Positions 36,363-50,766 of a DNA stretch of 64,000 nt are shown piece after piece (position 1 is the stretch's first letter; every line of letters starts with the position of its first letter). This DNA is from Callorhinchus milii (Eukaryota): assembly GCF_018977255.1 (NCBI RefSeq), contig NW_024704743.1, forward strand, positions 105,216,001 through 105,280,000, in the 5' to 3' direction. The position numbers were made by a program, and so were the translations under genes. The notes beneath the pieces are model-generated. The model did not search any database. It worked only from the letters and a program-made list of their open reading frames with translations, and was not told the origin of the DNA.

Positions 36363-37439
36363 TAGGGGAAATAATCTACTTTCCAAGTAGAGTTTTCACA
36401 ATTGAACAGAATTCCTAATGGGACTTCATTAATAAGGAATTGTATTAAGAAGTACCGCATATTGGACCCTTGCCCCTTGGACTTTTTCCCCAATAAATCC
36501 AATCGTGGCTTAATCACTGTTCATTAGTTTTATCTGCTGCCCTAAATTAGCCCTAATTGGCTAATATCCTGTTTAATGAGCTGTGGCTCTTCACCTGGGT
36601 TTTCGCAATAATTAGAAAGAATTTTTCAATTTGAGATATAAGGGAAGACATGAAGTGCTTGGAATTACCTTTGTTGCACAACATTTCTATTCAAGCATGA
36701 AAGGAATGCAAATCTACTCAAATAACTAACATCACCACAAATAGAGTATCATGCAGCAAGTATGAAGAAATGAAGACAATTAATGGAATCCAGGAGAGGG
36801 GAGGTTTGCAGTAAGGGTGCTTGAGGACAGGACAAGCCACTCATTTAAAAGCAGCTTGATGCTGTGAAGGGATGATGGTAGAGTGGGTATTCTGGAAGGA
36901 TGGAATTAGATGGGATTAGATTGCGATCTTGTGGAAATATATAGAAGGGCCATTATATAAGACTCAAGTCCAATATGATCCTTGGCGAAATCGAAAATTG
37001 ATTGCATAATAGATACCCAATGTGTAGAATTAAAGATGTTATAACCAAGAAGGAGGCTTGTCAGCCCATAATAAAGGATGCAAGATGTCTTGTTAGCTTT
37101 GTTGACTGCATGGTTTGCCCGTCCTGTGAATGGACCTTCAATGGACAACTGATAATAGTATAAGCTAGTTGTTTCTTGTTATTCCATTATATTACAGAGA
37201 AATAGTTTAGGATCCAGTGCAATGACGAAAGGGACTTATGATTCTATGATTATGATTCTTGCATTTACGAATTTAAGAAAAAATAGGCTCAACAATCATT
37301 ATTTATATATATAGTGCCTATAACATCAAAATATATGAAAGCGCTTATCAAGTAGTTGCTGTGAAGTGTAGTGACTGTGTATTTCTAGGCAAATGTGGCA
37401 GCTAGTTTTCATACAGCAATGTTCTGCATTCAATTTTAG

Positions 37440-37818
37440 ATCATTAAAATCCAATTCACGGATGCAGAAAGCAGTCAGTAATGCAAATTGGATATTGGCA
37501 ATTAGTACAAGAGGTCTGAACGATAAAAGAAAGGAAGTGCTTTCCCAGTTATATAAAGTACTGGTTAGACCTAATTTGAAGTAATCTGTTCAGTTTTGCC
37601 ACCCATTCTTAGGAATGTAATATTAGCCTTGGAGGCCATCCAGCCATAGTTCATTAGACTAATACCTGGGCTGAATGGGTTTACCTATGATAGGAAGTTG
37701 AATAGACTGCCTTATATTCCTTCGAACACATTTCGAGCAGATTAAGGGGTAATTTGATTGAGGTACTTAAAATAATGAAAGGATTTGATAAATTTGATAG
37801 TGGACAACTTTTCTGCTT
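37440..37818 (+). mobile_element. Old CR1 ORF2 C-terminal fragment
   Basis: KAVSNANWILA...KEVLSQLYKVLVRPNLK. Confidence 0.8.
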
Positions 37819-37957
37819 AGTCCCATTAGGAATTCTGTTCAATTGTGAAAACTCTACTTGGAAAGTAGATTATTTCCCCTATAATAATAATCCATGCATT
37901 TGATATAGGGCCTTATCAAGTCTTCTAGATGTCTCAAAGTGCTTCACAGAATATACT
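37819..37957 (-). repeat. Inverted copy of 36287-36425 (139 bp, 2 mismatches)
   Basis: Found by direct base-by-base comparison. It includes the SINE tail plus ~60 nt of unique 3' flank. Confidence 0.93.
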
Positions 37958-37969
37958 AGACAGCCAATT

Positions 37970-39090
37970 AATAGGCCTAGTTTACTTAATCTATCCTCAT
38001 AGGTTAATCCCCTCATCCCAGATACCAACCTAGTGAATCTACGTGAATCTAAGGCGAGTATATCCTTTCCTAGATAAGAAGACCAAAACTGCACACAATA
38101 TTCCAGGTGCGTTCTCACCAAAGCCCTATACAATTGCAGCAATACTTCCCTACTCTTCTCTTCTCTAAACCCTTTTCAATAAACGCTAACATGCTATTAG
38201 CCTTCCTAATTGGTTGCTGTACCTGCATGTAAACTTTCTGTGATTGGTATTCAGGAAAACCTAAATCCCTCTGAATACCAACGTTATCTAGTCTCTCCCC
38301 CTCTAGAAAATAATCTGCTTTTTTATCTTTTCTACCTAGGTGAATAACTTCACATTTCCCCACGTTATACTTCATCTGCCACCTTCTTGCCCACTCACTT
38401 AACCTGTCTATATCCCTTTGCATCCTCCTCATCCTCCTCACAGCTTACTTTCCCACCGAGCTTTGTATCATCCGTGAATTTAGATACATTAAGCTCTATT
38501 TCCTCATCTAAGTCATTAATGTAGACTGTAAACAGTTGAGGCCCAAGCACTAATCCTTGCGGGACTCCACTAGTCACAACCTGGCAATCTGAGAAGGACC
38601 CGTTTATCTCTACTCTCTGTTTTCTGCCTGTTAACCACTCTTCGATTCATGCTAATATATTACCCTTAATTCCATGAGCCCTAATCTTATGTAACATCCT
38701 TTTATGTGGCATCTTGTCGAATGCCTTCTGAAAATCCCAGTACACTATATGCATTGGTTCCCCTCTATCTAACCTGCGAGTTACATCTTAAAAAAACTCT
38801 AAAAGATTTCTTAAACACGATTTCCCTTTCATAAAACCATGTTGACTCTGCATAATCATATTATGACTTCCTAAGTGCCCCACGACGACGTCCCTAATTA
38901 TAGACTCTAGAATTTTCCCGACCACCGATGACAGACTAATTGGTCTATAGTTCCCTATTTTTTCTCTCCCACCCGTCTTAAATAATTGCGATCTTCCAAT
39001 CACTGGGAACCATTCCAGAATCCAGGGAATGCTAGAAGATCAAAAATAATGCATCCACTATCTCTGCAGCCATCTCTTTTAAAACCCTAT
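37970..39090 (-). mobile_element. CR1 LINE RT fragment, frameshifted
   Basis: NYRPISLSSVVGKILE, GVPQGLVLGP, KFTDDTKLGG and LEYCVQFWS. Confidence 0.92.
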
Positions 39091-39772
39091 TCCCTTTAAT
39101 CTGAACTCCACTTCTCTGTCTTCTCACCTTAGGAACCATAGAGAGAAAATGATGGTACAACTTAAGTATACTTTAAATTAGCACCAATGTTAGTGTAAGG
39201 AATACTTAAGGAATCCTGCAAAAGTAAACCCCATATTTCCCTGTCATTAAAAAATGGACTTAAAGTTTAACAAAATGTCTGAAGGAATCATAACCAAATC
39301 ACACAATCCTGCATGCTTTATGTGAGAAATATAATTTGGTTTGAACCATAGAAATACACAGACAAAGGAAGGTTCTTCATGCCTGTGTTGACTCTTTTAA
39401 GACCAATTCTTTCAGTTCCATTCACCTGCCCTTTCACCATAGCCCTACATACTCCCTCTATGCTATACATTGTGATGCATATACTCTAAATCCGTCTTTG
39501 AACTTATGGGTTCTTTTGCCCTCTCATTTGTTTGTGTTTACAAATTCTTTGTAACCATTGCCAATACACCAGCAATAATGACATTAATGATTCAGTCACG
39601 ATGGTATAAAAGGAGAGATATCACTAATACAGCCAGTATCTCAAGAAGCAACACTGAGGATCTATGCTCATTGATAGGCAATGCATGCTTGCAATGATAC
39701 CTGAGGAGAGACTCATCCCCATACTAGTGAATCACCAAAGAATGGTTTTGAACACACTTTTTGTCCAGATGA

Positions 39773-40145
39773 AAATAATAATAATCCTTGCATTGATATA
39801 GTGCCTTATCGCATCTTCAAGTCGTCTCAAAGCGCTTCACAGAATATACTGTAAAGTGTAGCGACTGTGTTTTGTGGGTAAAACGCGGCAGCCAATTGTA
39901 CACAGCAGAGTCCCACAAACAACTGTGGATTGAGTGATCAAATTATTATTTATCTTGAAGTGATTATTACCCCCGGAAAAGCAATCCGCCGGATCGACTA
40001 ACAACCAGGTTCCTGCATACTGCTAGGTAAACAGAAGCATATGGAGCAAGGAAACTTGCCTAAAGTTTTGCCCTGCCCGGGTATTGTACCTAGGTCTTCT
40101 CACTTGCGAGGTGAGTGCTCTAACCACTAAGCTACAGGACCCAAC
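39773..40145 (-). mobile_element. Deu-type tRNA SINE (long subfamily)
   Basis: Head, core and tail as in 35990-36362. Confidence 0.88.
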
Positions 40146-42704
40146 ATTCTCACCAGTGACAATTATCAAACAATGAGTTGTATATTTCACCAATAGAATG
40201 TAGAGTCTAAGCCTGTGAACATGGCTAAGAGCTGACCGAGGGTGGTCCATAAGCTTTCAACACTGAGCTCAGTAAAGTCATCAAGTTTACTAACAGTCAA
40301 AGAATTGTGCCATTGCTTCCTTGAGCACTTTTACACTTTGGCACAGCTGCACATGCTGAGGTCTTGGTGGCAAGGCATGGTTGATCCCTAAGTATCTGAA
40401 TCCCATTTGGAACCATTTGAAGGGAAATAACAAATAATGATACAAGATTGTTGTAGAATTATAATGAAGTTTACTTCTCTAACTAGGTGAAAGAGAATTG
40501 CTAAGAAATGGTGATCTCTGTTAGGTCTTTCATGAGGTCAAAGGCTGGAGAAATTTGACTTCATAGCTTTTCTGGATATGGATGTTTATCTATTCAATTG
40601 ACTTGTCTCTTCATTCCATTCCTTTTGAATAGCAAACTTTACATACACCATGACTGTCAGAAGCAGGACTTATTTTAATGTTACATTAAATAATTAAGAA
40701 AGAACTCACATTTTTTATAATATCTTATACATCGAGACATCTCAAAGAGCTTTTACAGTAATTACTAGTAGGCAAATGAGACAACCATTTTGCACAGAGC
40801 TGGATTGCACAAAGAACTATGAGGATTGTTCACCAAAATGTTAATCAAAATGTTAAGTGGGTTCCCAAACCCACTTGAAGAGATGAATTTATTAGCTTTC
40901 TGCAAATGACTGTATATTCCCATACACAAGTAGCCTGCACTTTCAGTTTAGCTGTGTAGGTTTTTCAATCATTGGTCACCTTTGGGTTTTAACAAGACAT
41001 CGGGAGACATCTGGTGCCCATTCATAGTTGTTGATATGGTGCTGTTAAATCCTCCCCAAAATGTAAATGGGGGGAGATCAATGAGAACAAATAAGCATAT
41101 TATGTTTATACATTGCTTAGAACACTTCAATAAGAGCAAACATTATGAAGTAAATACAACAAATGAGATGGATAAAGAAATAATTTGTATTTTTTGAGGC
41201 ATTTCAACATGTTATAAAATATTTACTGTCAATTGTACTGACTGATAATGTTAGACAAATTCAGCAGTCATTTTTCCCAGCATGAAGTGAATGAAACCCC
41301 AAGATTGCTGGCTAGGACATCAAGATTGCTAGCTTGGAAATTCCTTCTATTTTTAAATATTGTCATGGGATCCTAACATTCACAAGTACTGGCAGAAGGG
41401 ACCTTGCCTTAACATTCCATTCAAATGAGAGCACTTCCCTAGATTTTGAACTTAGTTCCAATTTGGGATTTGAACCCACAGCTTTCTGACCCAGATGTGA
41501 GAATCCTACCAACTGATCCAAACTGTAAACAAGCAATAGGATGCACAATCTTATGAACTTTAGGCAGAACTTTAAGCAGCCATAGAAATACTATGACTCA
41601 AGCGATCTTTCTCCTTGTTCATCTTGCAACCCGTCAGGTTTACACTCTGCAAAAGCAGCAGTCCTAAAAAATGAACCAGTAAAATAATGTGCCTAATTAA
41701 CTGACCACTGGTGTTAATTTTCATCAGTGATATGTAGCTTTACCAGGTTTGGCCACTAATTCGAGTCTAGGACTCAACTGGTAAAAATTGATTCCAGCAG
41801 TGGGAAGACCAATGATTTTGCACTTGTTCATAAAATTAAGATACTATAACAAATCTAAAAGTAGAATAAAAATTACATAAGAAATTCTCTTGCACACAAA
41901 ACAAATGGTGGTGTTCTTTCTCTGATCTGAAGCCAAGAGACACAGAATTTTTAAACATTTTAGTAGTTGGGGGCTCAAGCTTCATGTACGGACTTTGAAG
42001 CCACACTCTAGGATGATACGCCATTGCAGTGTTGCATTATTGGAGGTGCCATCATTCATATGAACTGAGGTGTAACTCTTGTTTGAGTGGAGAGTAAAGT
42101 TCACATGTCACTGTTCAAAAAGAGAAGGGAGTTTGTCCCAGATTCCTGGCCAGCAATCCTCATTTACCCCAGTTCATTGGGAGACGTTGCTGTTCACAAA
42201 TTGGCTGCTGCCTTTGCTACTTGATTGGCTGCTGTCATACAGTCACAATGCTTTACAGTGAATCCTGTGAAGCACTTTGAGACATCCTCTCAATTTAAAG
42301 GGCACAGAATAAAAATATCAAATGGAAGGATTATTTTAAAACACCTCTATTAAGAAACGTGGCACTTGTAAATCTTAGATTCTAAAATCATGTCTGAATC
42401 CACACATAGCCTACAAAATACACATTACTTCATAGTACATCCTGTGAAAGGCTTTGAGAAGTCTCTACAATGTGATAAGGTACAACATCACTTGCAAAGA
42501 TTATTTATATATTATACCACATGACCATGTATACCAGGTATGTTTTTCAATGCAGGTCCTTTTGGTGATTAAGGGCAGAATTCAAACTAAAACACGTAAT
42601 AAAGTCCTTTTCTTCTCAATGATAATTAGTGAGAAGGAAATATTGATTAACTTTGGGATAAAAATGCAACAATTTATATCAGACTTGATCAATTTTAAAT
42701 TAGA

Positions 42705-43280
42705 CATTGAGAGCATCACCATCAAAGGATGCACACTCCACCTCACAGAGCCTGTCCAGAACCTTGGCATCTTGTTTGACCCTCAACTATCCTTTCTACC
42801 CCACATCCATGCCATAACCCGCTCTGCCTTCCCCCACCGCTGCAACATCACCTGGCTCCACCACTGTCTCATACCAGAGGCCGCCAAGACCCTCATACAT
42901 GCATTCATAACATCCAGGCTTGATTATGCAAACTCCTTGCTTTTCGGCCTCCCCAACTTCTCCCTCCATAGACTGCAGATCATCTAGAACTCTGCAGCCC
43001 ATGTCTTCTTCCACACCAGGCTCTGCAACCCTATCACTCCAATCCTTGCCCGACTCCACTGGCTTCCCATCACACAGAGGATAGAGCTCAAGATCCTGGT
43101 CCTCACTTTTAAAGCCCTCTACGGTCTTGCTCCCCTCTACCTCTACGACCTCCTAACCTCCTACTAACCTGCCCGCTCCCTTCACTCAGCCGGCTCCGGC
43201 CTGCTTCATGACTCTGCTTCGCCCGCCCCACCATTGGTGGGCAGGCCTTCAGCCACTCTGGCCCCATCTTCTGGAACTGA
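42705..43280 (+). mobile_element. L2 ORF2 C-terminal fragment
   Basis: GCTLHLTEPVQNLGILFDPQLSFLPHI...HAFITSRLDYANSLL. Confidence 0.88.
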
Positions 43281-43529
43281 CTGACCTTTTTCACAGTATA
43301 AAAGCATAACCAGAGGTTGGGTGAAGGTATTGGGATATAGTTTGTAGAAAGAATGTATTTGATTTGAGACTATAAAATGAAACATTAACTGTGTGCTGTT
43401 CCTTGTGGAATTGTAAAAAAACAAACTTCTGAAATTAAAATATTGGAGAAACAGATTTTAGAAAAGGTAGTTTCTTTTGGCCGTTGCTTAGCAAACCAAT
43501 ATATTTATTATTTTCACAAAAACTATTTT

Positions 43530-44720
43530 TAATGGCAGTTTTTAATTGGAGGGTCAGTATGACATGGGAAGTCACTTGCAGTAGACATGAGGGATATAAA
43601 GCAGACCTGTGCCAACTGAGTGAAGGTGGAGGAGTAAGGTGTGAGCAGATCGGGGAGGTAGGGAGGTGCCAGGGAGTGAAATGATTTGAAAATGAGAGTG
43701 AGGATCTTAATCAATCAGTTCTGCAACAGGGGAGCCAGTGGAAGCTGGTAAGAACTGGGTGATGGATGTTTGGAGCCTCGTATGGGTGAGGGCATAGGTG
43801 GCAGAGTTTTGAATCATTTGGACACTTTTTAATAGTGAAGCTAAGAAGATTGGTGAGGAATCCTTGAAAATTAAATATGGCAAATGACAAACATGAGAGA
43901 AAATTTCCGGAGTGTTTGGAGTAAGATGGGGCAAAGATAGGTGATGTGGTGGAGGAAGGCAGCTTGGTCAGGAATTGAATATGGGGTAGAAAAGATAAGT
44001 GGGAATCGAACCTGCTGCCAAAGTTGTGTACAGATTCATTGAGTCTGAGGGATAGATAGAAGAGGTTAAGAAGTTCAGAACTGCAGGTGAGAAAATGTTG
44101 ATGGGAGCTTAGGAGGATGTTTTCTGTCTTGTCCATGTTTGGTTGCAGAAAGGTGGTGATGATCTAGGCCTTGATGTCAGACAAGCAGGCAGTCAGAACA
44201 TCAGTAGCATTTAGGAGACAACTAGAGGAGACAAAAAAAATTTGAGTATCATCCGCATACATGTGCAAGTTGACCCCATGTCTGTGGATGAAATCACCAT
44301 GAGGGAGCATATAAATGAGAAAGGAGGGCCTGGGTATAGACCTTGGGGTGCACGACAGATGACTGTCTGTGTGTGTGGAAGAAATCATTAGAGGAGACAA
44401 AATGGTGCCAATGGGTCAAGTAAGAATTGAACCAGGGGAGCGTGGTCCCACTGAGTTGGATAAGGGAGGAAAGGTGGTTGAGGAGGATGGCATGGTCCAC
44501 TGTATCAAAAGCAGCAGAGAGGTCTGGCTCTGGACAAGGAGCCAGAGGTCACAGAGATGGAGGATGTCACATCTAACCTTGATGAGTGCTGTGAGCAGGG
44601 TGCAAGCGGGACTGGAGAGTGCTCAAGCAGGGAGTAGAAAGAAAGCTGACAGTGAATGATTGACAGCAGTATGTTCTAGGACTTTTAGAATGGAAGGGCA
44701 GGTTTGGGATTGGCTGCTGG
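43530..44720 (-). mobile_element. Old degenerate L2 RT fragment
   Basis: [26 protein letters not shown] and LSFLPHIQ. Confidence 0.82.
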
Positions 44721-47700
44721 ATAACGAATGATGCCATATAAATGCAAGTTGGTTGTTTATATGGAATAACATTTGGCATTTTTAAAGTGGAGTTTCCACT
44801 GTCTGGGCAGATTTTTGGGCAGTGCTGCCAAGTAATCAGTATTCATAGCAGACTGTGAGTTACTCAACATTGACACGATATGAGGCTAAATGTGGGAAGC
44901 AGTGACGTATAATGACACTGGGGAGAAACCATCAACAGGCACTGTTCGGCAGATAAGATGTCTCATCAATAAACTTTAACAATTGAGCAATGATATGTAC
45001 GTACTCTTTGCACTATAAAATGTTGGCATACACATGCGTTTCTCAAAGAATGAAGAACAGGTTTGCCTGTTTTGTGATTGGTGAACACTTTTATCTTTGA
45101 CATGACTCCTGTAAGCCAAGAGCTGAAAAGGTTACGAGGGATGACACAGAAACAGTCTAAGGTGTGAAGCGTAGAGGGTGTAGAGAAGAGGAAACAAAGC
45201 GAAGAATTGTGCTCTGATACTAGGATCTGTGCTAAGTTCACTTCCATGCCTTTCTTGCAACAGAAGAGTTTCTCCCAGTGCCCGGACAAACAACTGATCA
45301 CCTTGCCCTGAGATGAGGAAGGTAAATCAGTTTGGGATCCACTCCTGATCACAATTCAGTGATTCCTGCTGGAAAAAGAGAATATGCAAGACATCAGAAT
45401 CCAGCTCATTGAAATAGTCTACACCCCTGTAGTTGAATAGTGTCCAAGAATAGTGCTCTGGGATGCTACCCTGCAATTATTGTTGTTGTTGTTGTTGAAT
45501 AACCTGATGAGCCCGTCAAGAAAATGGCCACTTGGGCAAGGTAACAGAACTCCTTAGAACCATACATGGTATTAGGAGAAAAAAAATTGTTCAAATGGCT
45601 CCAACACAGGAGAGGAGGAAGGCAGAGAATTAGTGAGAAGAACATATAAAACAAAAAGCACTTAAAACATTTAAGAGCAGTTACTAATTTAGAATGCACT
45701 TTACCCTTCTATAACACCTTTCAAGTCACAAAGCGCTTGACAATTCTGTATTAGCACCATAGCTGAGGGGGAAGGATGACTGAAAGCATGGTCAAAACGT
45801 TATGTTTTGATACATGCCTTGAAAGAGGGGTGTTGGAAGGACCTGAGAACAGAGTTCCACAGAGCAGGTGCCTAGTGTGTGGAAGCTTGCCTGCTGATTT
45901 TCAAGGATGGACATTTCAGACTGCCAGAGAAAGTATTGTGTTTATTTATGGAACTTAATACACTTACTGCAGTTTGCATCTTGATTATTTATGATTAATC
46001 CTGCAGTCAGACCTAGATTTGTGGCCTTCAAACTGAAGTGACTGACAACGGTTTGAAAGCTTGCCCAGTATGTATGTTAAAGGAGAGATGGAGTTCCAAT
46101 CAAAAGAAACTTGGAGCTAACATTCCTGTAGTCTCCAATTTTAGATGTGTATGCAAACAGTGGAGTATTGGGAGTTTGTGTAATGAACAAATAGCTTTTT
46201 GTTAGCAAAAATAATAGCTTTATAATATTGATATTGATAATGGAATGCCTCAAAGCACTTGACAGGTAACTGTTTTCAAGTATAGTGACTGTTGTATTTG
46301 TAGGCAAACACAGCAGTTATCCACAAAGTCTTGAAGTGTATGGCCAACAAATTCTGAGGATTGTTTGTCAGAATATCAGGAGAAACAGCACAAAAAGTAT
46401 AATGGCTCATTGTCAGATTCCACCACTGTGAAGCGCTCCAGGATGCTACCCCGTGTGAAGGGTGGTATATAAATGCAAATTATTGTTGTTGTCATTGGAT
46501 CTTTAAATTATGCACTCCTGTTAAACACTGGAGTATCCACATACAGTATGAATTTAAAGTCTCAACATGAGGCTTTGAGTGTATAGTAGTCTGACTCAGA
46601 GGTGAGAGTACTACCAACTGAGCCAAGCTGACATAAATTTGGATATTCGAGTTAAAATGTTTAGCAAAAGAAGGAGAGAAGCCAATTTAGCTTATTAAGT
46701 TCCTCTATAGACTATTGATAATTAACTCTAGTACCATTTATGCAGTTCATAAAATATTTTGTAGTATGACTAATTAAATGTTATTGTGTAAAATTCTCTG
46801 GTTTGATGAATTCAACTATAAAATACCAGGAGGTAGATTAAAAAAAACATTTGAAGATAAATAGATATCTTTCAAAAACATCTGAGAAATGCAGGTCAAC
46901 TAAATATTTCAATGCAAGCGCAGCAAATTAAAATAAAGTGTTCTGAAGTGCAACTTGCAATTATATCATGCCCATCAGGTAAAATAACATCTTAGAGGGG
47001 GGAGGAATGTTGTGGGGGGGAAAAATGATTGACAATCACATATTACCCAACAAAAGCAGATCATAAGAGATCAGGGGAGATAAGTGAGAATGGGGTGGAG
47101 GGGTGAAGCATAGCAGCAGATGAAGAACAGACCGGCAAACAACCTTCCAAAATTGTAACAGCAGGAGGTTAGTCAGGGAACAGGTTAAAACCCCAGAATG
47201 AATTTCAACAGGAAATAAGAATCATATCAAATGACTGCTTCTTGGAGATTATCTATAAATATGCCATCAAACATACAAAAACATGTTGCGCAACCTCCTG
47301 GAGTTTGACAACACAAGAAAAGTTAGCTGGCTTGAAGGGGCTGAAAAATAATATTCCGAGGAGAGAGGAACTGCAAACCAGTGCAGTTGGAAAGACAGAG
47401 GAGATTTGTGAAACATTGAAGAACATTTAGAGGGAGTCAATAAATGTTGGGGTGTTTGTGTTTGACAAGATAGGAGCAAATGTAGTTCCCATATTGAAGA
47501 GAACACTATATAAAATGCAAGGATAATTAACATCATTTTTATTATTATTATTGTTGTTGCATAAATTAATAAATGGTGACCAACACAGCTGAAGGAGATT
47601 ATATCCTGCTTGACCATTCATAAATGTTTCCAAGATGAGGACATCTCAGATTGACAGTGGGAAGCTGTAAAACATACTCTACATAAACTACCCAAAGCCC

Positions 47701-48220
47701 TTTGAAAGAGTACCACATTGTAGACTCCTCTGCAAACTAATGTCATGAGGCATCGCCTCCGGCCTTGATTACTCTAATGCCCTGCTCATCTATTTTCCGC
47801 ACAAGTTGCAGACTGCCCAGAACTCTGCAGCCGATGTCTTCTCCTGCACCAAGCTTCATGAGCCCACCTCCCCATCTTCCCTTGGCTTCACTGGTTCTTC
47901 AAACCTCAGTGGATGTTTCCAATACAACTTCTGCACTCCCTTGCTTGAGCTTAGGTTTCCAGTACAGAATTGGATGTGACAGTGCAAATGATGATTTGAC
48001 ATTTTCTGGAGTGACAGCTCGAAGTCAGGCTTCTGCTGTTGAAATAATAAATTAGAGAAGTCCGAGTCCCAGTATAAGTTGAAACATATTTCACCCATGA
48101 ATATAGCTTTCATTCTCGTATCTTATCTAGACCTACTACGTGTGGTATATGATAGTTTTGCAGAGGTCAGGCAAATAATAACCTTGTTCTAACAAATCAT
48201 TTGGCAAATGATCATTTTGT

Positions 48221-48603
48221 AGGAGTGCTGTAGCTCAGTGGTTAGAGCAATCGCCTCACAAGCCAGAGGACCTGGATTCGATTCCCAGACAGGGTGAAAC
48301 GTTGGGCAAGTTGCTTTACTCCACAAGCCTCTGTTTACCTAGCTTTAAGTAGGAATCCGGTTGTTAGTCGATTGGCAGATCGCTTTTCCGGGGGTAATAA
48401 TCCCTTCAAAAAAAATATTAATGATAATTTGGTCACTCAATCCTCGACTGTTTGTGGGACACGGCCATGTGCAATTGGCTGCCATGTTTCGCCCACAAAA
48501 TATACAGTCAATTTACTTCATTGTATATTCTGTGAAGCACTTTGAGACGTCTCAAACACGTGGTAAGGAGCTATACCAAATGCAAGGATTATTATTATTA
48601 TTA
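48221..48603 (+). mobile_element. Deu-type tRNA SINE (long subfamily), full length
   Basis: Head tagctcagtggttagagc...ggattcgattcc, then the core and a (TTA)n tail. Confidence 0.9.
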
Positions 48604-48914
48604 TTTGTAAACAAATCCAGCAGCCAATTTTCGGCCGGCAATATCCTTACTCAAATGGTGCCAAGGGATGTTTAATGTCTGTGTGAACTGGCAAATGGGA
48701 TCTTGGTTTAACATTTCATCAAAAGAACTGCACCTCCAACAATGTAATGCTCCTCGGAAAGTACTGGAGTCTTAGCGTAGACTATGAGCTCAAAGTACTC
48801 GATGTGGGTCTTGAACCCACAAGTGATTCATAAGGAAAATGTTTGGCTGATTTTTCATATTTGACCTTTAAGAATGCTTGGCGTTCATGTGATATTATGA
48901 AGGCGTGAAACCTG

Positions 48915-49430
48915 CATACACGCATTCATAACATCCAGGTTTGACTATGCAAACTCCCTGTTTGTCGGCCTCCCCAATTCCCTCATCCTTACTCGACTCC
49001 ATTCGCTTCCCATCACACAGAGGATACAGTTCAAGATCCTGGTCCTCACCTTCAAAGCCCTCCATAGCCTTGCTCACTTCTACCTCTGTGACCTCCTAAC
49101 CCCCTGCTCCCTCTGCTCAGTATACTCCAGCCTGCTTCACATCCCCCACCTTGCCCGCTCCATCATTGGCGGGTGAGCCTTCAGCCACTCTGCCCCCGCC
49201 CTCTGGAACTCCATCCTGCCATCCAACCGCCTCAACCCCACCTTTGCCTCCTTCAAGACCCATCTCAAGACCCTCTTCTTTGACCATGCCTTTGATCACC
49301 CTCCTTCCTCACCTGCCCTCCACCCTCCCTGATCCCGACCCCCAACTCAGGTCCGAAATACTGACTGTCCAGCACCTTGGGACATCCTCCCAACGTGAAA
49401 GGCGCTATACAAATGTAATTTTGTTGTTAC
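48915..49430 (+). mobile_element. L2 3' fragment
   Basis: Homologous to 29497-30075 and ends in the L2 terminal stem-loop. Confidence 0.85.
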
Positions 49431-50766
49431 TTTAATAGCATCCCTTCAAAAATATTAGTAATAAATGTAATCATTTTCTTCTGGAGCTGTTGTGCTTAGT
49501 CTTTCATTTATTTACATATGCACCCATTTGTTACACATTCCTTATTAATTGTCCATCTCATTTGTCACCTTATGTGACCATATGAGAGATTTTTGGGTGC
49601 TTTAGTACACAAAATGCATTGAAGACAATCAAAACACAGTGAAATTTAGCTGCGTCATGTGTATCAAAGTGATGAATTATACTGCATGCTCCAATACAAG
49701 AACCTTTTATAGCCTGAAATACTATTCTCCTGTTTCTAAGTGCCTACGCAGTGACTGCAGTATTTTTAGCATCCTTTGTGTGTACCAGTGGTGTCAAAAC
49801 TACCAGAGGTAGCAGGAGCATCATTTTCTGCATAACTGATAGTATATTGGGGCAAGTAAATGGCAGAGCTCCATTCTTTTGAGTGCCTTTGCCTCAAGCA
49901 TATTTATGCCTTTTATCTCACATGAGAGTTTGCTGACTTTAGTCTTAAGATGCCTTTGCCTCAGGGCCTTTATGCTGCCTGTCTCACATGAGGACTTAGT
50001 GAGCTCTGTTCATTTAGACTATCTGAATATGATCTTAGGCAAGCCACTCACTTCTTGCCTGGGTTTTGAAAGCCTGCCTCTGCTACATGCAGCATCCAGG
50101 CAGCCACCAAGTTCATTGGAACAAGTCTGGTGCCCCTGATCCTGTATTGAAGGTCATGTACAAAGCGAAATGGAGCACTTCCCTCTGATGAATAATCGCA
50201 ACAAGTAGACGGCACAATGGCTCCTGTGTCATTCAAGCTATCTAGTTGAGCTCACTGCCAGTCCATGGCTGATACATATATTTGCAGAAGGCTCTTCTGT
50301 AATATGAGACAAATCTACAGTATTCCTAAACTCATTCCATTCTATTATTTGGGTAGATCATTCAGGAGATATTGAACGCTGCCAGTTTGGATTGCTTTTC
50401 AGCAAGCCCACCATTTTCAAAGGCTTTTAATCCTTGCTTTTTTTTTGATATAACGCCTATTATCTTTGGGAGGACATCCCAAAATGTTTCACAAGATTTA
50501 CTGGAAAATGCAGTGACTATGTATTTATAGGCAAATGTGACAGCCAATTTGTGCACAACAATGTCCTAAAAATAGTCATAAAGTGAATGACCAATTTTAT
50601 TTTGGTGATTGTTGGCCAGGTCACCGGGAGAAACTCCCTTTTCTTTTTGAGTGGTTAATGTCCACCTGATAAGCAGAAGGGTCCTATTTTTTAACATCTC
50701 AGCTGAAAGATGGCACATTCATCAATGCATCACACCCCCACAACCCATTGGAGTGTCATCTTAGAC

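Noticed and set aside
44966..45352. 128-aa minus-strand ORF in unique sequence
   Set aside because: It has no ATG start, recognisable motif or convincing exon boundaries.
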